DNA of 57,446 nt from Dermatophilaceae bacterium (GTDB taxonomy: Bacteria > Actinomycetota > Actinomycetes > Actinomycetales > Dermatophilaceae): positions 1-57,446 of the forward strand of contig DATCNE010000172.1 of assembly GCA_036565395.1 (NCBI GenBank). The letters are read 5' to 3'. The notes beneath the pieces are model-generated. The model had not been told where the DNA came from. It saw nothing but the letters and a program-made list of their open reading frames with translations, and ran no database searches. A program made the translations under genes and the position numbers. Shown piece after piece: positions 36,541 to 48,967 of the stretch (its first letter is position 1; every line of letters starts with the position of its first letter).

Positions 36541-39117
36541 GTGCCTGGCCTCGCCGAGGTGAGACTTCCCCAGCGGGGACGAGCTCGCTGGGTGGCTACA
36601 GCGGCCGCGGTGCTGCTGGTTGCCGCGGGCGTGGCTGTGGCAGCTGTGGCGACGTCTGGTCCCACGATTCGTACCAAGTCGCAGTTCGTCGCCGGCACGC
36701 CCGAGGCCGGTGCGACGGTCGGGCTGGACACGACCGTCTACCTTCCGGCCACGACGCCTGCACCGGCAGTCCTCCTGGCTCACGGATTTGGCGGGTCGAA
36801 GACGGATCTGGACTCCGAGGCGCGCTCGCTCGCCGAGCACGGCTACGTCGTGCTGGCTTACACCGCAAGGGGTTTCGGTCGATCGGGTGGGTTGATCCAT
36901 ATGGACGCGCCGTCCCATGAAGTTGCGGACGCGGGCATGCTGATCTCCTATCTTGCGACGTTGCCGCAGGTGGTCAAGGACGCACCCGGGGATCCGCGCG
37001 TTGGGGTGGCCGGTTCGTCCTACGGCGGCGGACTGGCGCTGTTGTTGGGCGCCAACGACAAACGCGTTGACGCTGTCGGAGCGGACATCACCTGGAACGA
37101 TCTGTCGCAGGCGTTGTTCCCGAACGCTGCCGGCGGCCAGCCAGGGGTGTTCAAGAAGCTGTGGGCGGGGGAGCTGTTCGCCTCCGCCTCGGGGCGGAAG
37201 GGCGGGGCCTGCGGGCGATTCGCGCCGGAGCTGTGCGCGGCGTACCAGCAGGCCGCCAGCACAGGGGAGCCCGACGCGTCGATCCTGTCGCTGCTGGAGG
37301 CTTCGAGCCCGGCGGGTGTGCTGAGCCGGATCACCGCGCCGACCCTGCTCAGCCAGGGGGAGCAGGACTCGCTCTTTCCCCTCGAGCAGGCGGGTGCCAA
37401 TGCCAGGGGAATCGCCGCCAACGACACACCCGTGAAGGTGATCTGGCGTTCCGGTGGACATGACGGCGGGACGTCGACGTCGGATCTGGTGCAGTACCTG
37501 CAGGGCTGGTTCGACCCGGTGTTGCTCCACCGCGGACGGGCAGACGCCGCCTTCGACATCACGGTGCCCGGGTCGGGGATCTCAGCAGCCAACGGACGGA
37601 CCGTGTCACAGAGCATGCAGGTCGATCGCGGCTATTCGAGCGGTCGATTCCAGCGGGTCGGGGTCTTTGGCCCTGCCCAGACGATCTACGCCCCCGCCGG
37701 GGGAAGCCCGGCCGCGGTCACCTCGGTCCCGGGCCTGGGCGGCCTGCTCAGTACCGCGGCCACGCCGACCGGTTCCCCGAACCTGACGGCGATACCCGGC
37801 CAGGTTGCGATGTTCGCGTCACAACCACTTCCGGCCAGCCTGCTGGTGGCGGGGTCGTCCACAGCCACGCTGCGCGTGACGGCGCATGATGCCACCGACG
37901 CGACCTTGTTCGCGTCCGTACATCACGTTGCCACCGACGGGACCGACACGTTGCCCGCGGGTCTGGTGGCTCCGATCCGGCTCACCGGACTCACACCGGG
38001 GGCGGCCCGGACCGTGACGGTCAGGCTGCCCGGTGTGGTGCGGAACCTGCCCGCGGGGGACCGACTGGTCCTGGTGGTCGCGACCACCGATCTGGCATAC
38101 CAGCTGCCGAGCCAGCCGCGAAGCTACACGATCGCCGTGGCCGGCAGCACGGTCGATGTGGCCATCATCGACGGTCGGATCATCCGTGCCGGTCAGCCGT
38201 GGATCTGGCTGCTGACGGGCCTGGCGGCTATGGCGATCCTGATCCTGGGTGCTCTGGTCGCTGCGGTCCGGCGCGGGCGCCGACGCAGGCGGACCGTGCT
38301 CGTTGACCTGTCGAGCGTGCCGGTGGCGATGGAGGGCCTGGTCAAGGAGTACGGCGATGGATACCGAGCCGTGGACGACGTCAGCTTCCGCGTTGAACGA
38401 GGACAGGTCGTCGGGCTGCTGGGTCCCAATGGTGCCGGCAAGACGACCACGTTGCGGGTGCTGATGGGCCTTATCCGGCCGACGTCCGGCACGGTGCGCG
38501 TGTTCGGTGAGCTGGTCGAGGCGGGCGCTCCGGTGCTGTCGCGGATCGGCGCGTTCATCGAGGGACCGGGGCTGCTCCCGCACCTGTCCGGACGGGAGAA
38601 TCTGCGACTGTTCTGGGCCGCGACGGGTCGACCGTCTCAGGACGCGGAGTTCGACACGGCGTTGGAGATCGCCGGACTCGGCGAGTCGGTCGATCGTCGG
38701 GTCAAGACGTTCAGCCATGGGATGCGGCAGCGCCTGGCGATCGCCCAGGCGATGCTCGGGCTTCCCGAGGTGTTGGTGCTGGACGAGCCCACCAACGGCC
38801 TGGACCCGCTGCAGATCGCCGAAATGCGTGAAGTGCTCCGCCGGTATGCCGCGACCGGCCGTACCGTCGTGATCTCCAGCCACCTGTTGGCCGAGGTGGA
38901 GCAGACCTGCAGCCATGTCGTGGTGATGCACAACGGCAAGCTCGTCGCGGTGGGGTCGGTGGCCGAGATAGCCGGTGCGGGCGGGGTACAGCTCGCTGTG
39001 AAGAACTCCCAGCAGGCGCAGGAGATCCTGGCGGCCGCGGGCGTTGACTCGCAGACGGTGCCGGCACGTCGATCCCTGGAGGACATCTTCATCCAGATGG
39101 TTGGTGCAGACGAATGA
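36541..39117 (+). CDS. fusion protein: N-terminal signal anchor, extracytoplasmic alpha/beta serine hydrolase (CocE/NonD / X-Pro dipeptidyl-peptidase S15-like) with C-terminal beta-sandwich, TM helix, then ABC transporter ATP-binding domain
   Basis: LLAHGFGGSK, nucleophile elbow VAGSSYGGG, GEQDSLFP and SGGHDGG. TM PWIWLLTGLAAMAILILGALVAAV followed by RRGRRRRR. Then GPNGAGKTTT, FSHGMRQRLAIAQA and VLVLDEPTNGLD. Confidence 0.8.
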   Translation: MPGLAEVRLPQRGRARWVATAAAVLLVAAGVAVAAVATSGPTIRTKSQFVAGTPEAGATVGLDTTVYLPATTPAPAVLLAHGFGGSKTDLDSEARSLAEHGYVVLAYTARGFGRSGGLIHMDAPSHEVADAGMLISYLATLPQVVKDAPGDPRVGVAGSSYGGGLALLLGANDKRVDAVGADITWNDLSQALFPNAAGGQPGVFKKLWAGELFASASGRKGGACGRFAPELCAAYQQAASTGEPDASILSLLEASSPAGVLSRITAPTLLSQGEQDSLFPLEQAGANARGIAANDTPVKVIWRSGGHDGGTSTSDLVQYLQGWFDPVLLHRGRADAAFDITVPGSGISAANGRTVSQSMQVDRGYSSGRFQRVGVFGPAQTIYAPAGGSPAAVTSVPGLGGLLSTAATPTGSPNLTAIPGQVAMFASQPLPASLLVAGSSTATLRVTAHDATDATLFASVHHVATDGTDTLPAGLVAPIRLTGLTPGAARTVTVRLPGVVRNLPAGDRLVLVVATTDLAYQLPSQPRSYTIAVAGSTVDVAIIDGRIIRAGQPWIWLLTGLAAMAILILGALVAAVRRGRRRRRTVLVDLSSVPVAMEGLVKEYGDGYRAVDDVSFRVERGQVVGLLGPNGAGKTTTLRVLMGLIRPTSGTVRVFGELVEAGAPVLSRIGAFIEGPGLLPHLSGRENLRLFWAATGRPSQDAEFDTALEIAGLGESVDRRVKTFSHGMRQRLAIAQAMLGLPEVLVLDEPTNGLDPLQIAEMREVLRRYAATGRTVVISSHLLAEVEQTCSHVVVMHNGKLVAVGSVAEIAGAGGVQLAVKNSQQAQEILAAAGVDSQTVPARRSLEDIFIQMVGADE

Positions 39118-40079
39118 CTGACCACCCGGCAAACGCCCCCAGACCCCTGGGCCACCCGGCACCAACTCGTCGCGGTGTCCACGACAAGCTGAACCAGCTG
39201 GCCGAGGTGCATGACAACGGCTTTCGGCCCGAGCGGACACTGCGCCTGAGGGTGGAGTTCGTCCGGCAGCTGCGCAGGCGGCGCACCCAGCTGACCGTGA
39301 TCGTCCTGTTGGCGTTGCCGGTGATCATTGCCTTGGCTTTTCAGGTCAGCTCAAGCACCGGTTCGTCGGGCGCCGCTCGGGAGGGCTCCTCGGGCGGCTC
39401 GCGCTCCGCGCCGGCGCTGGTGACCTTGGCGACCACGGGCGCAACCAACTTCACGCTCTTCACCGAGTTCGCGTCGGCCGGGTTCCTGCTCGTGGTCATC
39501 GTGGCTCTGTTCTGCGGCGACACCGTGGCCAGCGAGGCCAGCTGGTCGTCCCTGCGTTACCTGCTGGCGATCCCGGTGCCCAGAGCGCGGCTCCTGCGGC
39601 AGAAGCTGACTGTCGCGCTGTCCCTCAGCTTCGGGGCAAACCTGCTCCTCCCCGCGTGGGCCTATCTCATCGGCGGTGCGTTCTTTGGCTGGGCGCCCGG
39701 GCAGTCACCGCTGGGCGGGACATTCACCACGGGAGTCGGTCTGCAAAGGCTGCTCATCGTCGTCTGCTACGTGAGCGCTCAGTCGCTCCTGGTGGCAGCT
39801 CTCGCCTTCTTGCTCAGTGTGCTCACCGATGCCCCGCTGGGCGCGGTCGGCGGCGCCACGATGCTCGTCGTCGTGTCCAACATTCTCGACTCGATCACAG
39901 CGCTCGACCCCTACCGACAGTTCCTCCCCACTCACTTCCAGTACTCGTGGTTGGACGCGCTCGGACAGAGCATCGTCTGGGACGACATGATGCGAGGCAC
40001 CGGTCTGGTGCTCACCTACTCGGCGGTGTTCTTCGCACTGGCCTGGTGGCGGTTCCAGGAGAAGGACATCCTCAGCTGA
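39114..40079 (+). CDS. ABC-2 type transporter permease
   Basis: ATGA overlap with the ATPase fusion. About 6 TM segments after a ~60-aa cytoplasmic N-terminus. Confidence 0.7.
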   Translation: MTDHPANAPRPLGHPAPTRRGVHDKLNQLAEVHDNGFRPERTLRLRVEFVRQLRRRRTQLTVIVLLALPVIIALAFQVSSSTGSSGAAREGSSGGSRSAPALVTLATTGATNFTLFTEFASAGFLLVVIVALFCGDTVASEASWSSLRYLLAIPVPRARLLRQKLTVALSLSFGANLLLPAWAYLIGGAFFGWAPGQSPLGGTFTTGVGLQRLLIVVCYVSAQSLLVAALAFLLSVLTDAPLGAVGGATMLVVVSNILDSITALDPYRQFLPTHFQYSWLDALGQSIVWDDMMRGTGLVLTYSAVFFALAWWRFQEKDILS

Positions 40080-40158
40080 ACCTCGTTCTGCCTCTGGCCG
40101 GAGGCCCGACGTGGCTCCCTGGTCATTCGCAGCGCGGGCGCTCTGGCAGTCTGGCTCC

Positions 40159-41070
40159 ATGAAGAGGATCGCCTTTCCTCAGGTCGGTGGTGAGCCGGGA
40201 GGCGTGTCTCCGGGTTTGACGAAGTTCGCATGGCTGTCGATCGCTGCGGCTGTGACGACGATTGCGCTGAAGTCCGAGGCGTACCTGCTGACCGGGTCAG
40301 TGGGCCTCCTGTCGGACGCAGCCGAGTCCTTGGTGAACCTGGTCGCGGCCGTCGTCGCCCTGATCGCGCTGCATGTCGCCGCTCGGCCAGCTGACGACAA
40401 CCACAACTTCGGCCACGGCAAGGCGGAGTACTTCTCGGCCGGGATCGAAGGGCTGATGATCTTCGTCGCAGCCGCTTTCATCCTGGTCACCTCGGTGCAG
40501 CGCTTCTTGCATCCGGCAGAGCTTGAGAGTGTCGGGCTCGGGCTGGCGATCTCGACCGTCGCCTCCATGGTGAACGGGGCCGTGGGCGTGCTCCTGCTGA
40601 AGGTTGGCGCGGCGCACCGCTCGGTCACACTGACCGCGGACGGCAAGCATCTGTTGACCGATGTCTGGACGTCGGTCGGCGTCATCGTCGGTGTGCTCCT
40701 GGTGGCACTGACCGGTTGGCAACGACTCGACCCGGTTGTGGCGGCGATCGTGGGGATCAACATCCTCGTGACCGGGTTCCGGCTGGTGTCCCAGTCCGTG
40801 ACGTCCCTGCTCGGTGCAGCCATGCCAGCCGCCGACCTCGCCAAGGTCAACACGGTGCTCGAACGACTGCGAACGGCGGAGGTCGAATTCACCAACCTGC
40901 GCACCCGTGAGTCCGGGCGGCACCGCTTCGTCTCGCTGACCGTCCTCGTTCCTGGCGACTGGACGGTCGAGCGGGGTCATACCCTGGCCGACGACGTCGA
41001 GGTAGCGATCGCGAAGGACCTGGCCGACACCGACGTCCAGACGCACCTCGAGCCACGACCACCGCCCTGA
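40159..41070 (+). CDS. cation diffusion facilitator (CDF) family metal exporter
   Basis: LSDAAESLVNLV and DDNHNFGHGKAEYFSAGIEG. 6 TM plus a C-terminal cytoplasmic domain. ATG 40159 is in frame with track ORF 40111. Confidence 0.85.
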   Translation: MKRIAFPQVGGEPGGVSPGLTKFAWLSIAAAVTTIALKSEAYLLTGSVGLLSDAAESLVNLVAAVVALIALHVAARPADDNHNFGHGKAEYFSAGIEGLMIFVAAAFILVTSVQRFLHPAELESVGLGLAISTVASMVNGAVGVLLLKVGAAHRSVTLTADGKHLLTDVWTSVGVIVGVLLVALTGWQRLDPVVAAIVGINILVTGFRLVSQSVTSLLGAAMPAADLAKVNTVLERLRTAEVEFTNLRTRESGRHRFVSLTVLVPGDWTVERGHTLADDVEVAIAKDLADTDVQTHLEPRPPP

Positions 41071-41127
41071 GCCAAGGCAGGCCTGACCCCCGGCGGCACT
41101 GACCCGGGGCGAACGTAGGCGACGTGC

Positions 41128-41181
41128 ACCGGAGATGCGCTCAGAGCCGGAGATGCGCACCGAGCCGGAGACGCGCACCGA
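41128..41181. repeat. imperfect 18-bp tandem repeat x3 (ACCGGAGATGCGCTCAGA / GCCGGAGATGCGCACCGA / GCCGGAGACGCGCACCGA)
   Basis: Read directly. Lies in the convergent intergenic gap between the CDF gene and the APH-like gene and abuts the APH stop codon. Confidence 0.9.
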
Positions 41182-42090
41182 TCAGTCCGGTTGCATCGCC
41201 TTGATGATCGCGATCGCCTTCGTGAGCTCGCCGGCGTCATCCTCCGTGGCAGCCCACAGCGCCATCTGCACCTCGCGCGCGATCGACCAGGATCGTGCTC
41301 GTTCCTCGTCGAGGCCGGCAGCCTCACAGATGATCGACAGGCGACGGCGAAGGTGCCGCCGCAGGTCGCCACATGAGACCGCTTCGTCCCATCGGTTCCA
41401 CAACGCGGGCGTGACGGCGAAAGCCGGGTCCGCTGCCAGAGGCTTGGGATCGATCGCCAGCCACGGTTGGCGATCGGCTGCCAGGACGTTCCCGTAGTGC
41501 AGGTCGGTATGGACCATGCACGAGTCGATCGCTTCGTCGGTCATGAGGTCCGACAGCACGGCGCGTGCTTGCTCGACGAACCGGCGCGGGATGACCCGGG
41601 GAGCAGAGTCGAGCCGTTCCACCAAGCGCGCGGCTTCCGCCGACAGACGTGAAAGCTGAGGAAGCGCAGGGTGATCCAGCTGGCGAAGCAGGCCGCCGAT
41701 CACCCGGCACGCCTCATCGATCGGCACGTCCTGCAGGTCGAGGCCGCTGTCCAGGCGCTCGAGCAGCATGGTCCAGCGGCCGGGGTTGGCTGCCAAGAGC
41801 CGAACGGCGCCTCGTCCTCCCCAGTGCTGCAGCGCCAGGTGCTCATGCTCGGCGTCGGCATGTGGCCACGTGACTTTCAGGACGCCGGTGGAGTCGTCGC
41901 GGAGTCGGACAGGGAGCACCAGGGCGCACACCCCATGCATCGGGTCACCGTCGAGGGTCAGATCCCACTCTGCGAGCGACGCCTCGACGAGCCCGGGTAG
42001 CTGCAGCAACCATGCGTCACCGCTGATGTGCGGCTCAGGCGCACGTCCGGTCACCCCGGCTGAGAACGATTCCGGTATGAGGTTGCTCAT
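41182..42090 (-). CDS. aminoglycoside phosphotransferase (APH(6)/streptomycin-kinase-like) family kinase
   Basis: VHTDLHYGNVLAADRQPWLAIDPKP (Brenner/catalytic loop), preceded by the LLERL region. ATG 42090 forms an ATGA overlap with the upstream gene's stop. Confidence 0.8.
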   Translation of the reverse strand: MSNLIPESFSAGVTGRAPEPHISGDAWLLQLPGLVEASLAEWDLTLDGDPMHGVCALVLPVRLRDDSTGVLKVTWPHADAEHEHLALQHWGGRGAVRLLAANPGRWTMLLERLDSGLDLQDVPIDEACRVIGGLLRQLDHPALPQLSRLSAEAARLVERLDSAPRVIPRRFVEQARAVLSDLMTDEAIDSCMVHTDLHYGNVLAADRQPWLAIDPKPLAADPAFAVTPALWNRWDEAVSCGDLRRHLRRRLSIICEAAGLDEERARSWSIAREVQMALWAATEDDAGELTKAIAIIKAMQPD

Positions 42091-43106
42091 GTCTCGCTGA
42101 GCCCTGGGAACGCTGTGAGTGGTACCCGCCAGGTGACCGCTCGGACGCACACATCCGTGAGCAGCTGAACCGTCCCGGTCAGGCCCTCGGCGTCGCCGGT
42201 GACGGCCGGCAGCTGGCTTGCGATCGAAGCACGCAGCGCCGTCATCAGGTTTGTTGCCAGCCTCAGTGCCGCGGCAGGGGTCGACACCGGGAACGGGAGG
42301 GCATAACCCAGGGGAATCGGTGGGGCTGCGGGGCCTGCCAGCAGCTGGAGCTCGGCGGAGCGTGTCCGGAGCGCGCCCAAGGTCTGGCCGGCAGCCCTGC
42401 GATGGCTCACGTCGGTTTGGGTAACGACCACCTCGAAGCCATAGACAGCAGACCGGATCGCCTCAAGCAGCACAGCAGCCAGCTCACCGGTCGGTGCGGT
42501 GAGTGGCCCGGCAGCGGGCAGACGACCACCCAGCAGCCGCACCGCCGCCGCCCGCTGAGCCGTCATGGACCCGAACAGCGCTATCCGCTCCGTGGAGATC
42601 CCGGCGAGGTCCGACAGGGCCTGAGCAGACAGCGCTTCGCCCTCCGCGGCGATGAGCTCGCCGACCCCCGACGCTGCCTGCGCAGGGGCCGTGGCCGCAC
42701 CGCCTGCCGCACCGCCTGCCGTACCGCTTGCCGTCGCTGTTGCCGTCGGCGGGGGTGTGGTCGTTGGAGTGCCAGCGATCTCGGCCGGCGGTACTCCGCC
42801 CGAGCGGAGTACTGACTCGAAGACGTCGGCCTGCAACCCATGCACCGTCGCGAGCAGCTCGGTCGTCGGACTGGCCGCGCCACCGAGCCCCGCGGCCAGG
42901 TCACGCAACCGCACGGCGTCCCGGTGCGCCGTCAGGAGGGCCTGCTCGTCGCGCATCGGCTGGCGGGCTGGCGGAGTCGGTGTGCGTGGTGCGTCGCCCT
43001 CCAGCCGCACCCGACATCCGGACAGTGCCGTCATCGACCCCACGGTCAGAGCCACCAAGAGCGACCTGCGGGACCAGAGGCGCGGCATACGGTCGTTCGC
43101 GGGCAT
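42087..43106 (-). CDS. DUF4439 (ferritin-like) domain lipoprotein, Ala/Thr/Pro-rich
   Basis: Tat-like SRRSLL plus lipobox LSGC, and a central low-complexity TTTPPPTATATASGTAGGAAGGA. C-terminal AVYGFEVVV...PIPLGYALPFPV pattern. Usual position upstream of and divergent from rimP. Confidence 0.65.
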   Translation of the reverse strand: MPANDRMPRLWSRRSLLVALTVGSMTALSGCRVRLEGDAPRTPTPPARQPMRDEQALLTAHRDAVRLRDLAAGLGGAASPTTELLATVHGLQADVFESVLRSGGVPPAEIAGTPTTTPPPTATATASGTAGGAAGGAATAPAQAASGVGELIAAEGEALSAQALSDLAGISTERIALFGSMTAQRAAAVRLLGGRLPAAGPLTAPTGELAAVLLEAIRSAVYGFEVVVTQTDVSHRRAAGQTLGALRTRSAELQLLAGPAAPPIPLGYALPFPVSTPAAALRLATNLMTALRASIASQLPAVTGDAEGLTGTVQLLTDVCVRAVTWRVPLTAFPGLSET

Positions 43107-43203
43107 GGGCTCGATGATGGCACGACCGCGTGCGGTGGCTGTGAGCACCGCGTTCGCGCCGATAGACTGACCTCGACGACCACCGTGCGCACAGGCGCGC
43201 CGG

Positions 43204-43818
43204 GTGGCGGCATTCGAGAAGAGCAGGAAGCGGAGGCGGCAGTTGAGCATTCAGGAACGCATTCGCAAGGTCCTGCTTGATCTTCTGGGCACAGCTGAGC
43301 TCCCGGGGCCGCTTGGCGAACTCGGACTCATGGTCGAGGACATGGCCGTGACGCCCGCCGGCAAGCGGCGACTGGTCCGTATCTGGCTTGACCGTGACCT
43401 CTCCGGTCTCGACCCTTCCGATGAGTCCAGCGTGGTCGAGCCGCTCTCGCTCGACGAGGTCGCCGAAGCCACCCGAGCCATCGGCATCGCGCTGGACGCC
43501 TCGGACGCGACGGGCGACGCGCCCTACGTCCTCGAGGTCGGGTCGCCCGGTGTCGACCGCCCGCTCGTTGAACCGCGTCACTTCCGGCGCAACGTCACCC
43601 GGCTCGTCGAGATCTGGCGCGTCAACGGCGCCGCGGACGAGCCGATCGTTGGCCGTCTGGTCGCCGCCGGGCCCTTCGAGGCGACGCTGCTGGTGGCGGC
43701 GACCAAGAAAGAACCAGAGACCGAGCTGCGCATCCCGTATGCCGACGTCGCGCGTGCCCAGGTGCAGGTCGAGTTCGCTCGCGCCAACCCGGATCGCACC
43801 ACCAATGAGGAGAGCTGA
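43204..43818 (+). CDS. rimP: ribosome maturation factor RimP
   Basis: [25 protein letters not shown] and [14 protein letters not shown], immediately upstream of nusA with a TGATG overlap. The true start may be TTG 43243. Confidence 0.85.
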   Translation: MAAFEKSRKRRRQLSIQERIRKVLLDLLGTAELPGPLGELGLMVEDMAVTPAGKRRLVRIWLDRDLSGLDPSDESSVVEPLSLDEVAEATRAIGIALDASDATGDAPYVLEVGSPGVDRPLVEPRHFRRNVTRLVEIWRVNGAADEPIVGRLVAAGPFEATLLVAATKKEPETELRIPYADVARAQVQVEFARANPDRTTNEES

Positions 43819-44879
43819 TGGATATCGACCTGGCGGCGTTGCGCGGCCTTGAGCGTGAACGGGACATCTCTCTCGACATCATCATCCCGGCGATCGAGCA
43901 GGCGATGCTCGTGGCCTACCACCGCACCGAGGGCGCAAGGCGCCTTGCCCGCGTGGAGCTGGATCGCAAGACCGGGCACGTGATCGTGTGGGCCCGCGAC
44001 GAGGGCGCCCTCGACCCTGAGACGGAAGAGCGCTCGGAGCCCGGGCCCGAGTTCGACGACACACCGGCCGGCTTCGGGCGGATCGCGGCGTCGACGGCGC
44101 GTCAGGTGATCGTGCAGCGACTGCGTGACCTCGAAGACGAAGCGATCATGGGCGACTTCCATGGCCGCGAGGGCGACATCATCACGGGGGTCATCCAGCA
44201 GAGCAGCGATCCGCGTTACGTCATGGTCGACCTCGGGGCTATCGAGGGGTCGCTGCCCCTGGCCGAGCAGGTGCCGGGGGAGAAGTACATCCACGGTCAG
44301 CGTCTGCGCTGTTACGTGGTCAGCGTCAAGCGTGGTCAGCGTGGACCCCAGATCAGCCTGTCGCGCACCCACCCCAACCTGGTTCGCAAGCTGTTCGCCC
44401 TCGAGATCCCCGAGGTTGCCGACGGCACGGTCGAGATCGCCGCACTGGCGCGTGAGGCGGGGCACCGGACCAAGGTCGCCGTGCACTCAAAGATCCCCGG
44501 TGTCAATGCAAAGGGCGCCTGCATCGGCCCGATGGGTGCTCGGGTACGCGCGATCATGGCCGAGCTGCACGGCGAGAAGATCGACATCGTGGACTTCTCC
44601 GATGACCCTCGCGCCTTCGTTGCGGCCGCCCTTTCGCCGTCGCGGGTCAACTCGGTCGAGATCGTCGACCTGGAGATGCGTTCGGCCCGGGTGACCGTCC
44701 CCGACTACCAGCTGTCGCTGGCCATCGGCAAGGAAGGTCAGAATGCGCGCCTGGCCGCCAAGCTCACCGGCTGGCGCATAGACATCCGTTCTGACACCGC
44801 GCCCGTGGACGACGAGCATGCCCCTGTGGACGATGAGGATGCCCCTGAGGCCGATGCTGGCACGGACCGTGAGCACTAG
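43818..44879 (+). CDS. nusA: transcription termination/antitermination factor NusA
   Basis: N-terminal RNAP-binding domain, S1 ([10 protein letters not shown]) and two KH domains ([37 protein letters not shown]). Confidence 0.95.
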   Translation: MDIDLAALRGLERERDISLDIIIPAIEQAMLVAYHRTEGARRLARVELDRKTGHVIVWARDEGALDPETEERSEPGPEFDDTPAGFGRIAASTARQVIVQRLRDLEDEAIMGDFHGREGDIITGVIQQSSDPRYVMVDLGAIEGSLPLAEQVPGEKYIHGQRLRCYVVSVKRGQRGPQISLSRTHPNLVRKLFALEIPEVADGTVEIAALAREAGHRTKVAVHSKIPGVNAKGACIGPMGARVRAIMAELHGEKIDIVDFSDDPRAFVAAALSPSRVNSVEIVDLEMRSARVTVPDYQLSLAIGKEGQNARLAAKLTGWRIDIRSDTAPVDDEHAPVDDEDAPEADAGTDREH

Positions 44880-44887
44880 GCAGTAGA

Positions 44888-45313
44888 GTGGTGGAGACCG
44901 ATCGGTTGCGACGTATCCGTCAGCGGCCAACCCAACGTGTGACACGTACGTGCGTGGGTTGCCGTCGTCGCGATGATCGATCAGCATTACTGCGAGTTGT
45001 CGCGGAGTGGGATGACACGGGTGAGCACATTGCCAGAGTCGTTGCCGATCCGCTGCTCCGGCTGCCAGGGCGTGGCGCTTGGCTGCACCCAACACCGGAG
45101 TGTCTCGATCTCGCCTTACGGCGCAAAGCATTCGGGCGGGCCCTGCATGTCAAGGCCCAGCTCGAGCTGGCGGACGTGAGTGCGTACATCGAGGCCCGCG
45201 CGCAGTCCGTCGTCACAACTGACGGCTCCACCCCGGAGCTGCCAGTTCAGCAGGTTTCCGAACGCGAAAGCGGGTTTGACGCTGATGAGCACCCGATGAG
45301 TACTCACCGATGA
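44888..45313 (+). CDS. ylxR: YlxR/DUF448 family RNA-binding protein
   Basis: RTCVGCRRRDDRSALLRVV and GRGAWLHP motifs between nusA and infB. The N-terminal extent is uncertain. Confidence 0.8.
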   Translation: MVETDRLRRIRQRPTQRVTRTCVGCRRRDDRSALLRVVAEWDDTGEHIARVVADPLLRLPGRGAWLHPTPECLDLALRRKAFGRALHVKAQLELADVSAYIEARAQSVVTTDGSTPELPVQQVSERESGFDADEHPMSTHR

Positions 45314-45379
45314 GCAACACCCAGCACTAACGACGGTCCGCGCTTCATCTCTTGCCCGGGCCAAAGATGAAGGAGAAAC

Positions 45380-48286
<2,907 letters not shown>

Positions 48287-48301
48287 CCAGTCTCACCATC
48301 G

Positions 48302-48333
48302 CGGCCACGCGGGTCCCCATACCCGCGTGGCCG
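48302..48333 (+). terminator. perfect 13-bp GC-rich stem-loop (CGGCCACGCGGGT-ccccat-ACCCGCGTGGCCG) 16 nt after the infB stop; no U-tract
   Basis: Inverted repeat read directly. It could be an I-shaped or partial terminator, or an mRNA-stabilising or processing hairpin between infB and rbfA. Confidence 0.45.
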
Positions 48334-48439
48334 GTTGGGCGAGAGGCTCAGCCGTACTCCGCGGGGAGAAGGCCTGCTCGCCGCACCAATTCGTAGGCTG
48401 TCACTTCGGAGCCTGTAACTTTGTAGGAGCGTAAGAACC

Positions 48440-48967
48440 ATGGCCGATCCGGCACGCGCGAAGAAGATTGCCGACCGCATCAAGGTGCTGGTTGCCGAGA
48501 CGCTGGAGTACCGCGTCAAGGACGAGCGGCTCGGCTTCATCACGATCACCGACGTCCGCGTGACCGGTGACCTGCAGAATGCCTCCGTGTTCTACACGGT
48601 CTTCGGCGGTGAGGCCGAACGCGCCGAAACCGCTCTGGCGCTGGAGTCGGCCAAGGGCAAGCTCCGCTCGGCGGTGGGCAAAGGCATCGGCATCCGGCTC
48701 ACTCCGACCCTGGAGTTCATCCCGGACGCGCTGCCTGATGGCGCGGCCCACCTTGAGGATCTGCTCCTCACCGCCAAGCAGCAGGACGCTGCCGTGGCGG
48801 CGGCCAGGGCTGGCGCGACGTATGCCGGTGACGCCGACCCGTACAAGAAGCCGGTCGACGACAACCCGGACGAGGCTGAGGCTGAGGATGGGGCTGACGC
48901 TGACGCTGACGCTGACGCTGTCGAGCAGAGCGACCACGGCGGCAAAGATGACGCCGCCGGCGCATGA
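48440..48967 (+). CDS. rbfA: ribosome-binding factor A with acidic repeat tail
   Basis: [43 protein letters not shown]-terminal [17 protein letters not shown] encoded by GCTGAG/GCTGAC hexanucleotide repeats. Confidence 0.92.
   Translation: MADPARAKKIADRIKVLVAETLEYRVKDERLGFITITDVRVTGDLQNASVFYTVFGGEAERAETALALESAKGKLRSAVGKGIGIRLTPTLEFIPDALPDGAAHLEDLLLTAKQQDAAVAAARAGATYAGDADPYKKPVDDNPDEAEAEDGADADADADAVEQSDHGGKDDAAGA

Noticed and set aside
36418-37530. 370-aa minus-strand ORF overlapping the start of the hydrolase-ABC fusion
   Set aside because: It is antisense to a region with a clear alpha/beta-hydrolase signature on the plus strand, and its product is Arg-rich low complexity.
41128-41181. Tandem repeats considered as a CRISPR array
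   Set aside because: There are only three contiguous 18-bp units with no spacers, and no cas genes in the window.
41182-42090. APH-family kinase as an acquired antibiotic-resistance or mobile cargo gene
   Set aside because: It is translationally coupled (ATGA) to the conserved DUF4439 lipoprotein gene next to rimP-nusA. Its composition matches the flanks and no mobile-element genes are nearby. APH-fold kinases of unknown substrate are common housekeeping-context genes in actinomycetes.
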